Origin: Alphaproteobacteria bacterium
GTDB lineage: Bacteria; Pseudomonadota; Alphaproteobacteria; SP197
Assembly (NCBI GenBank): GCA_964291265.2
Contig: OZ219746.1
Coordinates: 271,510 to 335,509, forward strand
Reading direction: 5' to 3'
Length of the DNA: 64,000 nucleotides
Part shown: positions 30,910 through 41,151 of the stretch, piece after piece
Layout of the letters: each line of letters begins with the position of its first letter
How positions within the stretch are numbered: position 1 is the first letter of the stretch
Notes under the pieces: model-generated
What the model was told of the DNA's origin: nothing
What the model saw: the letters and a program-made list of their open reading frames with translations, nothing else
Database searches by the model: none
Position numbers and translations under genes: made by a program

Positions 30910-32300
30910 CAGGCAGCCAGCATCCCGGCCATGCTGTTGGCCCGGGCCTCGGTGAGGGTGACATCACGCAGTGATCCGAGGTGATGTTCACCAGCGTCGA
31001 CGTGGACCGCCTGGAGCCAGGGGCTGCGGCCGACGAGTTGGTGGGAATATCGGCCCCTTCGCTCAAGGAGCACCGGAACCGTGTGGCCGACGGTGGCGCG
31101 ATTGAACGCGTCCTGCTGGTCCTTCAGCAGGTGCTGCAGGATGCCGAGCCTCTCCGCCTTCACCTCGTCCGGCACCTGTCCGTCTGCCGTCGCCGCCGGA
31201 GTTCCCGGGCGCGGGCTGTACTTGAAGGAAAAGGCCGAGGCATAGGAAACCTCGCGCACCAGGGAGAGCGTGGCGGCGAAGTCGGCATCGCTCTCACCGG
31301 GGAAGCCAACAATGAAATCGCCTGATATGGCAATGTCGGGTCGTGCCTCGCGAACAGCCGCGATCACCCCCAGGTAGTCGGCCGTGGTGTGACGCCGGTT
31401 CATCGCCCTGAGAATCCGGTCGCTGCCCGACTGCACTGGAAGGTGCAGGTAGGGCATCAGGCTGTCGATCTCGCCGTGGGCGCGAATGAGGTCGTCCGAC
31501 ATGTCCAACGGGTGGGATGTCGTGTACCGGATGCGTCGGAGGCGATCGAGCGATGCCAGTTCGCCAATGAGACGCGCCAGGGTCCATGGTTTGCCGTCGG
31601 CGCCCTCGCCGTGCCACGCATTGACGTTCTGCCCGAGGAGGACGACCTCCACCATGCCCGATGCCAGCAGCGCCTTCGCTTCGTCGAGAACATCGCGGGC
31701 AGGTCGTGAAAACTCCGCACCGCGGGTGTAGGGAACGACGCAGAAGGTGCAGAACTTGTCGCAGCCCTCCTGGATCGTAAGGAAGGCGACACGACCTGCG
31801 CCGTGACGCCGTGAGGGCAGGCCGGTGAAGCGGTCCCGTGCCGGAAAGTCGGTGTCGATCACCGTGCCGCCTTCGTTGGCGTGGCGGGTGATCAGGTCGG
31901 GCAGACGATGATAGGTCTGGGGTCCGACGATGATATCGACGACGGGCGCCCGGCGCGCCATTTCCTCGCCCTCGGCCTGGGCGACACATCCTGCCACGGC
32001 GATCATGAGATCATCGCCGGCCTTGCGTTTGCGCTCCTTGAGTGTGCGCAACCGTCCCAACTCCGAGTAGAGCTTCTCGGCGGCCTTCTCCCGGATGTGA
32101 CAGGTGTTGAGGACGATCATGTCGGCGTCCTCGACCGTTTCCGTCTGCCGGAAATCCAGGCGCGCCAAGACATCCGCCATGCGACCGGAGTCGTAGACGT
32201 TCATCTGGCAGCCGTAGGTCTTGACGAAGAGTTTCTTGGACAAGCGCGTCCGGATGTTCCGCTGGCTGTCGTCGGGCGGGGGCCCGTGGCGGTTGTGCAA
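30909..32300 (-). CDS. miaB: tRNA-2-methylthio-N6-dimethylallyladenosine synthase
   Basis: KTYGCQMN, the radical-SAM motif [11 protein letters not shown], and a TRAM C-terminus. The true start may be the downstream TTG at 32243 ([15 protein letters not shown]). Confidence 0.9.
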   Translation of the reverse strand: MHNRHGPPPDDSQRNIRTRLSKKLFVKTYGCQMNVYDSGRMADVLARLDFRQTETVEDADMIVLNTCHIREKAAEKLYSELGRLRTLKERKRKAGDDLMIAVAGCVAQAEGEEMARRAPVVDIIVGPQTYHRLPDLITRHANEGGTVIDTDFPARDRFTGLPSRRHGAGRVAFLTIQEGCDKFCTFCVVPYTRGAEFSRPARDVLDEAKALLASGMVEVVLLGQNVNAWHGEGADGKPWTLARLIGELASLDRLRRIRYTTSHPLDMSDDLIRAHGEIDSLMPYLHLPVQSGSDRILRAMNRRHTTADYLGVIAAVREARPDIAISGDFIVGFPGESDADFAATLSLVREVSYASAFSFKYSPRPGTPAATADGQVPDEVKAERLGILQHLLKDQQDAFNRATVGHTVPVLLERRGRYSHQLVGRSPWLQAVHVDAGEHHLGSLRDVTLTEARANSMAGMLAA

Positions 32301-32334
32301 CCTCGTTCAATCTTCGCCGCATCCCCGATCGCTG

Positions 32335-33189
32335 TCAATGACTTCGTGCGCGGTTCTCGGGACTGCGCCTGGAACGCCTGGTGAGCTTGCCGAGGCGCCG
32401 TCTTCGGCGCGGTGGCAGCCGGCCCGCGAGCGCCAGCGAGTGGCCTTCCCGAACGGCCATTTCGCAGTGACGCGCCAGGGAGCGCCGGTTGCCGCCGCAT
32501 CCGGTTATGGACGTGACCGGATGGAACTGGACGACAACCGTCACGACTCCTGCCTTCAGCATCTCCCACATGTGGGGCAGCAGTTCCATGTCCCCGTACC
32601 AGGCATAGAGCGGACGCATGTCACGGTCCATCGGCAGGTTCGAGAAGCCGGTGTAGGAAACAGACACGGGCTGCACGGTCACTTCCCTCCCCTTCACCTG
32701 AGTCTGGGCCGAGGCGAAGAGCGCACTCTTGAACGGAAGAATCCGGTTTCCGTCGCTGGTGGTGCCTTCTGGAAACAGGATCAGCTGCTCCCCCGCTTCG
32801 AGGCGCTCGCTCACCGCGTCCATGTGCTGGCCGATCCGGGTCCGGCGACGGTCGACAAAGACGGTACGTTGCAGTCTGGCGAGCAGACCGAAGAACGGCC
32901 ACGTCCCGACTTCCGCCTTGGCGACGAAGCTTCCCCGGATCAGGGCGCCGAGAATGGCAATGTCGAGATATGAGGTGTGGTTGCACACGTAGAGACAGGG
33001 CCTGTGACGGCAGGGCCCCCCCCTGACGTCGAGGTTGATGCCGATCAGCCGCAGGACGATGCTGTGATAGAATTGGGGAAAGGCATGCCGAGCCCGCCGT
33101 CCCGCCGCCAGCAACACGAACTGCACCGGCATGCAGACCAGAGTCCAGCCGACATAGAGTGCCGCGCGGGCGAGACCGACAGAGATCAT
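32335..33189 (-). CDS. olsA: lysophospholipid/lyso-ornithine-lipid O-acyltransferase (PlsC family)
   Basis: NHTSYLDI (HX4D-type motif) and FPEGTTS. ATG at 33189 overlaps the olsB stop (ATGA). The olsB-olsA arrangement is known from alphaproteobacteria. Confidence 0.7.
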   Translation of the reverse strand: MISVGLARAALYVGWTLVCMPVQFVLLAAGRRARHAFPQFYHSIVLRLIGINLDVRGGPCRHRPCLYVCNHTSYLDIAILGALIRGSFVAKAEVGTWPFFGLLARLQRTVFVDRRRTRIGQHMDAVSERLEAGEQLILFPEGTTSDGNRILPFKSALFASAQTQVKGREVTVQPVSVSYTGFSNLPMDRDMRPLYAWYGDMELLPHMWEMLKAGVVTVVVQFHPVTSITGCGGNRRSLARHCEMAVREGHSLALAGRLPPRRRRRLGKLTRRSRRSPENRARSH

Positions 33190-34016
33190 GCGCCTCCAGG
33201 CCCCGCCTCGGCCTCTCCGCTGCTGCGGTAGCGCCGGCCGTAACGGCCTTCCACCACCGATACGTCCAGCAGGACGCATACGTCCGTGGTATTGAACTGT
33301 CGATCGATGACCGCACCGTCGCCAAACCGGCAGCCGGCCCGTGCATAGCCCTTGATGAGCGGTGGCAGGCTGGCCAGTCCCTCGGCAGCGTCGAATGACC
33401 CGGGGGCCATCCGTTTCATGTCGACGTAGAGATGATCGAGTGCGCGGGGGCGAAGGACGGCAGGCGCCGCTAGATGGTAGGCCATGTGGGAGAGCGGCAT
33501 AGCGAGACTATCAGGGTCGGTGCCATGGAGACTGGCGCAGCCGAACATGTACGAGATGCCGTGCTGCACCACATAGACGCCGAGGCCCCGGAACAATGCC
33601 TGGATGGCGGCCCCCGCTCGATAGTTCATGTCGACACAACTGCGTCCGAGTTCCACGAGTTCACCATCGAAGGCAAGAAGGCGGGAGATGTCGAACTCGC
33701 CTGCGGTGTAGAACGTGCAATCGCGCCCCAGAACCGAGCGACGCAGCAGTCTCATGGTGGCGACAACGGCTGCGTCACGACCTTGTGTCGTGTCGCGCAC
33801 GATGAGGTGTTCGCAGATGTCGTCGAAGGCGTCGAAGTCCCGTTCCAGTTCCGTCATTCGGGAAGTGGGGCGGGCCTTCATTTCCTTGTAGAACACGCGA
33901 AAGCGCAACTGCTGCACGGCGTGGAGTTCCGCCTCGCTGTCGACGAGGCGCAGTTCCAGGGGGCCGAGCCTGAGCCCTTTCGACAGTGCGCCCTGATCGC
34001 GGGGCCCGGTCACCAT
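33186..34016 (-). CDS. olsB: GNAT-type N-acyltransferase, ornithine lipid synthase OlsB-like
   Basis: 276 aa. LRFRVFYKEM...DAFDDICEHLIV is the pattern of the OlsB/hemolysin-like acyltransferase family. It is coupled to a PlsC-family gene. Confidence 0.65.
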   Translation of the reverse strand: MVTGPRDQGALSKGLRLGPLELRLVDSEAELHAVQQLRFRVFYKEMKARPTSRMTELERDFDAFDDICEHLIVRDTTQGRDAAVVATMRLLRRSVLGRDCTFYTAGEFDISRLLAFDGELVELGRSCVDMNYRAGAAIQALFRGLGVYVVQHGISYMFGCASLHGTDPDSLAMPLSHMAYHLAAPAVLRPRALDHLYVDMKRMAPGSFDAAEGLASLPPLIKGYARAGCRFGDGAVIDRQFNTTDVCVLLDVSVVEGRYGRRYRSSGEAEAGPGGA

Positions 34017-34038
34017 GGTGGAATCGGTGCTGCCGCAG

Positions 34039-34464
34039 TCAGGTCTCGGGATCGGGCTTCAGCGCCCGCCCGTAAAGCTCCATGCGATGATCGATCAGAT
34101 CGTAGCCCAGACGTCTTGCAACCTGGACCTGGAGTTCCTCGAGTTCGGGGTCCAGGAACTCGATGACCGTGCCGGTGTCGATGTCGATCAGGTGATCGTG
34201 ATGCTCATCCTGGTCGGCGGACTCGTAGCGGGCCCGCCGGCCCCCGAAGTCATGGCTCTGGATGATCTCCGATTCCTCGAAGAGGCGCAGTGTGCGATAG
34301 ACAGTGGAGATGCTGATGCGATCGTCAATTTCCGATGCGCGGCGATAGACTTCCTCGACATCGGGATGGTCGTCGGCATCCGATAGCACCTTGGCGATGA
34401 CACGGCGCTGGTCCGTCATCTTGAGACCCTTGTCGATGCATGCGTGTTCGATCTGTGATGTCAT
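34039..34464 (-). CDS. fur: Fur family transcriptional regulator
   Basis: KMTDQRRVIAKVL...ISISTVYRTLRLFEE winged helix and an HHDHLID metal site. Start taken at 34464. Confidence 0.8.
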   Translation of the reverse strand: MTSQIEHACIDKGLKMTDQRRVIAKVLSDADDHPDVEEVYRRASEIDDRISISTVYRTLRLFEESEIIQSHDFGGRRARYESADQDEHHDHLIDIDTGTVIEFLDPELEELQVQVARRLGYDLIDHRMELYGRALKPDPET

Positions 34465-34590
34465 GGCGCGGCACGGACCGGAACGGCCTGTCATCGGTCC
34501 GCATGTGTCCTTCATCCTGTGTGGCTGTCGGGAAGTCTAGACCAAGGGACGTTGCAGCGCCATGCCTTGACATGTTGACCGTCAGCGTGA

Positions 34591-34884
34591 TTGACAGGAC
34601 CTCTTGCAGATGTGCGATGGAAACGCAAGGAAAGCACCCCTGTGGAAACGCCCATCGACATGCGCCTCGACATCACCGGCGATGTCTGTCCGATGACGTT
34701 CGTCAGGACAAAGCTCATGATCGAGGGCATGCAACCAGGAATGGTTGCCGAGGTTCGTCTGAATGAAGGCGAGCCGTTGCGCAACGTGCCGCGCTCGGTC
34801 ACGGAACACGGCCATTCCGTCCTGTCTCTGGAGCCGGAGGTTGGCGAGGCAGGCGTGTGGCGGCTGCTTCTGAGGAAGGAGTGA
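34591..34884 (+). CDS. TusA/SirA-like sulfurtransferase family protein
   Basis: LDITGDVCPMTFVRTKL resembles the TusA D.xG..CP motif. An internal ATG at 34660 would give the typical ~74-aa size. Confidence 0.5.
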   Translation: MTGPLADVRWKRKESTPVETPIDMRLDITGDVCPMTFVRTKLMIEGMQPGMVAEVRLNEGEPLRNVPRSVTEHGHSVLSLEPEVGEAGVWRLLLRKE

Positions 34885-34894
34885 GAGCCAGATC

Positions 34895-35290
34895 TCAGGT
34901 GCAACCGCCATGGATCTCGCACAGACAGGCGTCCTCCGCGCCGCCGAGTACCACCGCGTGGCGCACGCCGTCGGGATAGAGAAAGACAAGCAGGCTGCAG
35001 GAACGGGCGTCGTAGCGCCACATCCTGGCGTTGCCCTCGGTCCACACGAAGTCCGGATCACCAAGCATGCCGGCCACTTCGCTGTCCTGCAGACCGGCGA
35101 AGATCCTGGCGGCCGGAGGCTTCGCGACGGGTGACACCTCGTCCGCCTCGATGGCCGGAGCGACGGTCTCGCTGACAGCCTTCGTGGGGTCGATTCCGGC
35201 AGGGGGGGAGCAGGCGGCCAGCGCCATGGCTCCGGCCAGCATGAGAGCCGACCACCCCGCCAGGACAGAGCTTCGTTCAGGCGATGTCAT
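34895..35290 (-). CDS. hypothetical lipoprotein
   Basis: MTSPERSSVLAGWSALMLAGAMALAAC is a signal peptide with an LAAC lipobox. No other motif recognised. Confidence 0.55.
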   Translation of the reverse strand: MTSPERSSVLAGWSALMLAGAMALAACSPPAGIDPTKAVSETVAPAIEADEVSPVAKPPAARIFAGLQDSEVAGMLGDPDFVWTEGNARMWRYDARSCSLLVFLYPDGVRHAVVLGGAEDACLCEIHGGCT

Positions 35291-35357
35291 TCCGGTTCCT
35301 TCCGGCAGGCGCGGTCGACCACCTCGCAGGAGACCGAACCTGGCCGGCGGCTGGTGC

Positions 35358-36065
35358 TCAGGCCATCGCATCGTGGTCTCCGTGACAGAGATGGGTCATG
35401 GCGATGGCGGCCATGACGGGCATGACGAGATTGAGAACGGGGACGCTCATGCCGGCCGTGATGACGGCCCCCGTGGCGAGCAGTCGCCAGCGGTTCCGCT
35501 TGCGCCAGGCGTCCGAGTCCTGGCGGGGCAGGCGCCGCAGCAACACGATCTCGGCATATTCCCGGGCGAAGAGAACGCTGTTGACGGTCCAGAGGATGAT
35601 GATCGACAGGCCGGGGATGAAGATTGCAGCAAGATAGACTGGTGTGGCGGCGAGATTGACGAGCAGCAGCCAGCCGACGAAGCGAAGGGACGCGGCGATG
35701 TCCCGGACCACTGTCGTTCCCCTCGCTTCGGGCAGGTGCGGATAGTCGGTTTCCTCGACGCGTGAGACGATTCCGTCGAGAAAGAGCGATGTCACGGTCT
35801 GCACGACCATGACAAACGTGAACCAGACGAGCGCGAAGGCGCCCAGCGTGGCCACGACGAAGACGACTCCGTCAGCCAGCCAGCCTGGCATCCAGGTGAC
35901 AAGGGATTCGAACCATGAACCGGGTTCGAGGCCCATGGTGGCGCCGATGATGAGGGCGGCGAGAACCGATGAGACAAGGGCACTCGCCAGGGCAATGAGA
36001 ACCAGGCTGCGGCGAACCCTGCCATCCCCCAGGCTGACGGCAGTCCTGCGAGCGACGTCAAACAC
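35358..36065 (-). CDS. EI24/CysZ-like integral membrane protein
   Basis: Multi-pass hydrophobic protein (~235 aa from GTG at 36065). The family assignment is from overall resemblance only. Confidence 0.45.
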   Translation of the reverse strand: MFDVARRTAVSLGDGRVRRSLVLIALASALVSSVLAALIIGATMGLEPGSWFESLVTWMPGWLADGVVFVVATLGAFALVWFTFVMVVQTVTSLFLDGIVSRVEETDYPHLPEARGTTVVRDIAASLRFVGWLLLVNLAATPVYLAAIFIPGLSIIILWTVNSVLFAREYAEIVLLRRLPRQDSDAWRKRNRWRLLATGAVITAGMSVPVLNLVMPVMAAIAMTHLCHGDHDAMA

Positions 36066-37524
36066 GATGGCGGCCGTCGGGCGGCTCGGGATCGGGGTAG
36101 CGCCCGGGGGTGCCGCGGGGGTCGATGGGCAGACTGCCGGCGATGCCAAGAGCGCGTTCGGCGACAGCAGCCCAACCCAGGACCCGTCCGTCGCTGTGTG
36201 ACGGACCAACCAGCTGCAATCCGACAGGCAGTCCTTCATCGGTGAAGCCGCAGGGAATCGAGATCGCGGGGGATGATGTCAGCGTGATCACCGAGGTGAT
36301 CATGATCCAGTCCACGTAACTGTTGAACCGGTGGCCGTCAAGCTCGCCGAGGTAGCGCTCGTGGGTGGCGATGGCGGGTACGATGGTCGAGGGAAGGGCG
36401 AGAAGGTCGAAGGTCTCGAAGAATTCTGTCATCCTCTGATAGAGAGAATTCCGGATCCGTGTCGCGCGGATGATGTCGCCGACGCCAAGATCGAGTCCCT
36501 TGCGGATGTTCCAGACATTCTCCTGCTTGAGCATCCCGCGACGGTGGACGAGATCGTCCTCGTGGCCGGTGGCGAAGCCGATGGCCCGCAGGGTATGGAA
36601 GGCTTCCGGCGCATCGGAAAAGTCGATGGCGGCTTGCGCGATCTCGCTTCCCAGGGATGCAAGGCGATCCAGAGCTTCCCGGCACAGGCGGTCAACGTTG
36701 CGGTCCACCGGCGTGATGCCGAGATCCGGCGAATAGCCGATGCGACGCGGGGTATCTCCCCGGTCGAGGGCGAGGCGGACCTGGTCCAGCCGGGAGACAG
36801 GCGGTGCCGCACGCGCCAGTGGATCGCGTTCGTCGATCCCCGACATCGCATCGAGCAGGAGCGCCGCGTCGGCGACGTTGCGCGCCATGGGACCTGCGAC
36901 CGAAAGGTCCTGGAAGGCGTCCGGTGCCGGACCGCGGACGACGACACCGGGGCTCGGTCGAAATCCCGTCACCCCGCAGAAGCTCGCCGGAATGCGCAGA
37001 CTGCCGCCGAGATCGGAACCGGTCGCCAGAGGCACCTGTCCGCTGGCCAGTGCGGCCGCCGACCCGCCGGAGGATCCGCCAGCCGATGCCGCCATGTCCC
37101 AGGGGTTGGTCGTCACCCCGAGAACCTCGTTGAAACTGTTGCCGCCGGCACCGAACTCCGGAACGTTGGATTTGCCGACGACGATGGCGCCCCGGCTCTC
37201 CAGGCGCTGCACCATGAGATTCGAGGCCGACGGCACGTGGTCGGCCCAGATCGGGGAACCATAGGTTGTCCGCACACCGGCGACATCCTCGAGATCCTTG
37301 ATGGCGACCGGAAGTCCATGGAGTGGCCCCGGAGCATCACCGGATTCGAGCCGCCGGGCATGATCCCTGGCCCGGTCGAAACAACGGGTTGGCATGGCGT
37401 TGAGGCCGCCGTCCGTCGCCTCGATGCGGGCGATGCAGTCCTCGACCAGTTCGAGCGGGGAAACCTCCCCTTGGCGCAGCAATGCGGCGGCCTCGGTGGC
37501 CGTCATCTTCCAGAGGTCTGCCAT
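36058..37524 (-). CDS. amidase (amidase-signature family)
   Basis: In-frame ATG at 37524 (MADLWKMTATEAAALLR). AS signature GGSSGGSAAALASG and an upstream KD...G block. Confidence 0.9.
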   Translation of the reverse strand: MADLWKMTATEAAALLRQGEVSPLELVEDCIARIEATDGGLNAMPTRCFDRARDHARRLESGDAPGPLHGLPVAIKDLEDVAGVRTTYGSPIWADHVPSASNLMVQRLESRGAIVVGKSNVPEFGAGGNSFNEVLGVTTNPWDMAASAGGSSGGSAAALASGQVPLATGSDLGGSLRIPASFCGVTGFRPSPGVVVRGPAPDAFQDLSVAGPMARNVADAALLLDAMSGIDERDPLARAAPPVSRLDQVRLALDRGDTPRRIGYSPDLGITPVDRNVDRLCREALDRLASLGSEIAQAAIDFSDAPEAFHTLRAIGFATGHEDDLVHRRGMLKQENVWNIRKGLDLGVGDIIRATRIRNSLYQRMTEFFETFDLLALPSTIVPAIATHERYLGELDGHRFNSYVDWIMITSVITLTSSPAISIPCGFTDEGLPVGLQLVGPSHSDGRVLGWAAVAERALGIAGSLPIDPRGTPGRYPDPEPPDGRHRV

Positions 37525-37653
37525 CGTTGCGTCCCGCCCGTTGAGGTCATGAGGGCGCGAGTATGGAGTCGTCACGCGTCGCCCGGCAAGGCTTGCCAGA
37601 ATGTGCGCCACATCTATACTCGCACGCATCGGCAACAGGTGCCTTCTTCTCAC

Positions 37654-38640
37654 ATGAACCAGCCACGCATCGATGTTCTCGGCATCGGCAACGCGATCGT
37701 TGACATTGTCGCCGAGGTCGAGGAGTCCTTTCTCGCGGACTTCGACCTTGCCAAGGACGGCATGCATCTTGTCGATCACACTCTGGCGGCGAGGCTTCTC
37801 GATGCCTGCGAGCCCGTCGTGATGATGTCCGGAGGCTCCGTGGCCAACACCATTGCCGGCCTTGCGGCCATCGGCAGCAGTGGCGGGTTTGTCGGCAGGG
37901 TGAAGGATGACACGCTCGGGCAACGCTTCGCCGGTGACCTGAATTCCCGGGGAGTTGTGTTTGCTGGCCGTGCAGCGGCCGACGGACCGGAAACCGGACG
38001 ATCCCTCATACTCGTGACGCCGGACAGCCATCGCACCATGTGCACATGGCTCGGTGCCTCTCTCGATCTCGGTGTTGCGGATCTCGCGGCGGACGCCATG
38101 TCCGCACGGGTCGTCCTTCTCGAGGGCTACCTCATGGATGCGCCCGAAGGACAGGGTGTCTTCAGGGAGGCGGCCGGAATGGCTGCCGAATCCGGTTGCA
38201 AGGTCGCGTTGTCACTCTCCGATTCTGCGTGCGTGGATCGTCATCGAGGCGATCTCGTCAGCTTCCTGCACGATCACGTCGACATCGTGTTCGCCAACGA
38301 GGCCGAAACACTGTCCTTCTTTCCAGGGGCGGATTTTGCGACAGCGTCCCGCAGTCTCGCAGATGAGGTTTCCATCGCCGTCATCACGCGAAGCGAGAAG
38401 GGATCCATAGTCTTCTCGCCTGGTTCGGTCTTCGAGATCGAATCCGTCATGACCAAGGTGATTGACGCCACGGGTGCCGGAGACCTCTATGCCGCCGGTT
38501 TCCTCTACGGTTACACTCAGGAACTCAGTCTTGACCGGGCGGCACGCATTGCCAGTGTCTGCGCCAGTGAGGTGATCGGCCAGTTCGGTGCCCGGGTCGC
38601 GAGTGACCTTCGCGCCTCCATCGCGAGGACACTGGGATAG
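37654..38640 (+). CDS. PfkB family carbohydrate/adenosine kinase
   Basis: In-frame ATG at 37654 (MNQPRIDVLGIGNAIVDIV) and the C-terminal DATGAGDLYAAGFLYG PfkB motif. Confidence 0.85.
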   Translation: MNQPRIDVLGIGNAIVDIVAEVEESFLADFDLAKDGMHLVDHTLAARLLDACEPVVMMSGGSVANTIAGLAAIGSSGGFVGRVKDDTLGQRFAGDLNSRGVVFAGRAAADGPETGRSLILVTPDSHRTMCTWLGASLDLGVADLAADAMSARVVLLEGYLMDAPEGQGVFREAAGMAAESGCKVALSLSDSACVDRHRGDLVSFLHDHVDIVFANEAETLSFFPGADFATASRSLADEVSIAVITRSEKGSIVFSPGSVFEIESVMTKVIDATGAGDLYAAGFLYGYTQELSLDRAARIASVCASEVIGQFGARVASDLRASIARTLG

Positions 38641-39318
38641 ATGACGCACGAGAAGGGGAGTGTCTCCATGACGACCATTGAACTCATCACGTCCCACGTC
38701 TGCCCCTTCGCTCAGCGAACCCACATGACGCTGATCGAGAAGGGTCTGGACTTCACGGTTCGCGAGGTCGATCTCTCCGACAAGCCCGCCTGGTTCGAGG
38801 AGCTCTCGCCGACGTCGAAGGTCCCGGTGGTGAAGATTGGCGACGAGATCGTCTGGGAATCCGCGATCGCCAACGAGTACATCGAGGACAAGTTTCCGAA
38901 TGTGCCCCTGTTGCCCGACGATCCCTGGTTGCGTGCCCGGGCGCGTATCTGGATCGACTACTGCAACACCCGCTGGATCGAGGACTTCTACGCGCTGCTG
39001 GGGGCGAAGGACGCGGAACGCCGCAACCACCTCGGCGACCGCGTCGTGCAGGATCTCCGCCACATGGAAACGAAAGGCATGGCGGCCCTGTCATCGGGGC
39101 CCTTCTGGCTGGGTTCGTCGGTCAGCCTTGTCGATCTCGCCTTCTGGCCATTCTTCGAGCGCTTCCCATTGCTCTCCCATTACCGCCAGGTCACCGTTCC
39201 GGAAGACTGCCAGCGTCTTCACCGGTGGTGCGACGAGATGGCGGTACGTCCATCGGCGCGCCGCACCATGCACGAAGCTTCCTGGTACATCGAGCGCTAC
39301 AAGGCCCGGGCAGCGTAG
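38641..39318 (+). CDS. glutathione S-transferase family protein (Cys-type active site)
   Basis: CPFAQRTHMTL thioredoxin-like N-terminus, VPVV...ESAIANEYI, and a helical C-terminal domain. Confidence 0.8.
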   Translation: MTHEKGSVSMTTIELITSHVCPFAQRTHMTLIEKGLDFTVREVDLSDKPAWFEELSPTSKVPVVKIGDEIVWESAIANEYIEDKFPNVPLLPDDPWLRARARIWIDYCNTRWIEDFYALLGAKDAERRNHLGDRVVQDLRHMETKGMAALSSGPFWLGSSVSLVDLAFWPFFERFPLLSHYRQVTVPEDCQRLHRWCDEMAVRPSARRTMHEASWYIERYKARAA

Positions 39319-39337
39319 ACGGCGATCGAGAACGCCC

Positions 39338-39937
39338 ATGTTCTATGAACCGGGGAAGGGGCACGGGCTCGAACGTGATCCCTTCAAGGCGCTCGTGGCA
39401 CCGCGTCCCATTGGCTGGTTCACCACGCTCAATGGCGACGGGTCGGTCAACCTGGCGCCCTACAGCTACTTCAACGCCATGGCTGATGACCCTCCTGTGG
39501 TGTGTTTCTCGTCAGGTGGTTCGGAACACCTCAAGGACACTGCCCGCAATGCGGCCGACACCGGAGAGTTCGTGCACAACCTGGTGACCATGTCGCTGCG
39601 CGACGCCATGAACATCACGGCGCGCGAAGTTCCTGCGGGGGTTGACGAAACAAGGCTCGCGGGACTGGATCTGGCGGCCTCGGTTCTGGTGTCGCCGCCC
39701 CGCGTGGCGGCAAGCCCGGTTGCCTTCGAGTGCCGATACCTCAAGACACTGGAGATTCCGCAGAACGGCACGCCGAACCTGGTGGTGTTTGGCGAGGTGG
39801 TCGGCATTCACGTCGACGATGATGCCATCGCCACAGGGCGCTTCGATCCGGAGGCCCAGGGGGTGATTGCCCGCCTGGGCTATGCCAACTATGCCGTCGT
39901 CGGTGGCACATTCCGCATGGAACGGCTGGAGCCTTGA
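39338..39937 (+). CDS. flavin reductase family protein
   Basis: In-frame ATG at 39338. FKALVAPRPIGWFTTLNGDGSVNLAPYSYFNA is the FMN-binding split-barrel signature. Confidence 0.85.
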   Translation: MFYEPGKGHGLERDPFKALVAPRPIGWFTTLNGDGSVNLAPYSYFNAMADDPPVVCFSSGGSEHLKDTARNAADTGEFVHNLVTMSLRDAMNITAREVPAGVDETRLAGLDLAASVLVSPPRVAASPVAFECRYLKTLEIPQNGTPNLVVFGEVVGIHVDDDAIATGRFDPEAQGVIARLGYANYAVVGGTFRMERLEP

Positions 39938-40001
39938 GAATCCGGCACATCTGATCGTGATCCGACCGCGTGGTCTTCCTGCTTCAAGATGGAGTTGATC
40001 G

Positions 40002-41114
40002 ATGCTTCTCGGAGTACCCAGAGAGATCAAGAATCACGAGTACCGCGTTGGCATGACGCCGGCCTCGGTGAGGGAACTCACCGGACGCGGTCATGCCGTG
40101 CTCGTCGAGAAGGGCGCCGGTCGTGGCATCGGACTGACCGACAGCATGTACGCACGCGCCGGTGCGGACATCGTCGGCACCCCGGAAGAGATCTTCGCCC
40201 GGGCGGAGATGATCGTGAAGGTCAAGGAGCCGCAACCTGACGAGTGTCGCATGTTGCGCCAGAGCCAGATTCTCTTCACCTACCTTCACCTGGCGCCGGA
40301 CCCGCTGCAGACGCGGCTCCTCGTCGAATCGGGTTGCACCGCCATCGCCTACGAGACGGTTTCCGATATGAATGGCGGTCTGCCACTCCTTGCGCCGATG
40401 AGTGAGGTCGCAGGACGCATGTCCGTCCAGGCCGCCAGTCACTGCCTCGAAAAGGCCCAGCATGGCTCCGGTGTCCTGCTGGGTGGTGTCCCGGGCGTGG
40501 CGCCCGGGAAGGTGGTCATTGTCGGTGGCGGCGTGGTGGGCACCCATGCGGCGCGCATGGCGATCGGCCTCGGTGCGGATGTCACTGTCTTCGACCGCTC
40601 TATCGCCCGCTTGAGGCAGCTCGATGAACTGTTCGAGGCACGGGCCAGGGTCATCTATTCGACGACCGATGCCCTGGAGGAGCATGTCCTGGCCGCAGAC
40701 GCGGTCATTGGCGCCGTTCTCGTTCCCGGCGCCGCAGCGCCGAAACTCGTGACCGAAGACCAGATCCGCAGGATGCGCCGTGGATCGGTGGTGGTCGACG
40801 TCGCCATAGACCAGGGAGGTTGCTTCGAGACAAGCCGGGCGACGACCCATGCCAGACCCACCTACCGGGTCCATGGAGTCGTCCACTACTGTGTCGCCAA
40901 CATGCCGGGCGGCGTCGCTCGAACATCGACCTTTGCCCTCAACAACGCGACACTGCCCTTTGTCATCAAGCTGGCGGACACGGGCTGGCAGCGCGCCTGC
41001 AGGCTCGATCCCTTCCTGTGTGACGGCCTCAACATCCACGACGGAAAGGTAGTCTACAAGGCGGTGGCGGAGGCCCTCGACTATCCGTTCGTCGACCCAG
41101 CCGACATCCTCTGA
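40002..41114 (+). CDS. ald: alanine dehydrogenase
   Basis: [21 protein letters not shown]-terminus and the [10 protein letters not shown] Rossmann motif. 370 aa. Confidence 0.95.
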   Translation: MLLGVPREIKNHEYRVGMTPASVRELTGRGHAVLVEKGAGRGIGLTDSMYARAGADIVGTPEEIFARAEMIVKVKEPQPDECRMLRQSQILFTYLHLAPDPLQTRLLVESGCTAIAYETVSDMNGGLPLLAPMSEVAGRMSVQAASHCLEKAQHGSGVLLGGVPGVAPGKVVIVGGGVVGTHAARMAIGLGADVTVFDRSIARLRQLDELFEARARVIYSTTDALEEHVLAADAVIGAVLVPGAAAPKLVTEDQIRRMRRGSVVVDVAIDQGGCFETSRATTHARPTYRVHGVVHYCVANMPGGVARTSTFALNNATLPFVIKLADTGWQRACRLDPFLCDGLNIHDGKVVYKAVAEALDYPFVDPADIL

Positions 41115-41151
41115 TGCTGCCTTGCGAAGGAAACGCTCCGGGTATCCGTGA

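Noticed and set aside
36331-37653. N-terminal 441 codons of track ORF 36331..38640 (+)
   Set aside because: This part is antisense to the amidase gene, which has the GGSSGGSAAALASG signature. The recognisable PfkB kinase begins at the in-frame ATG at 37654.
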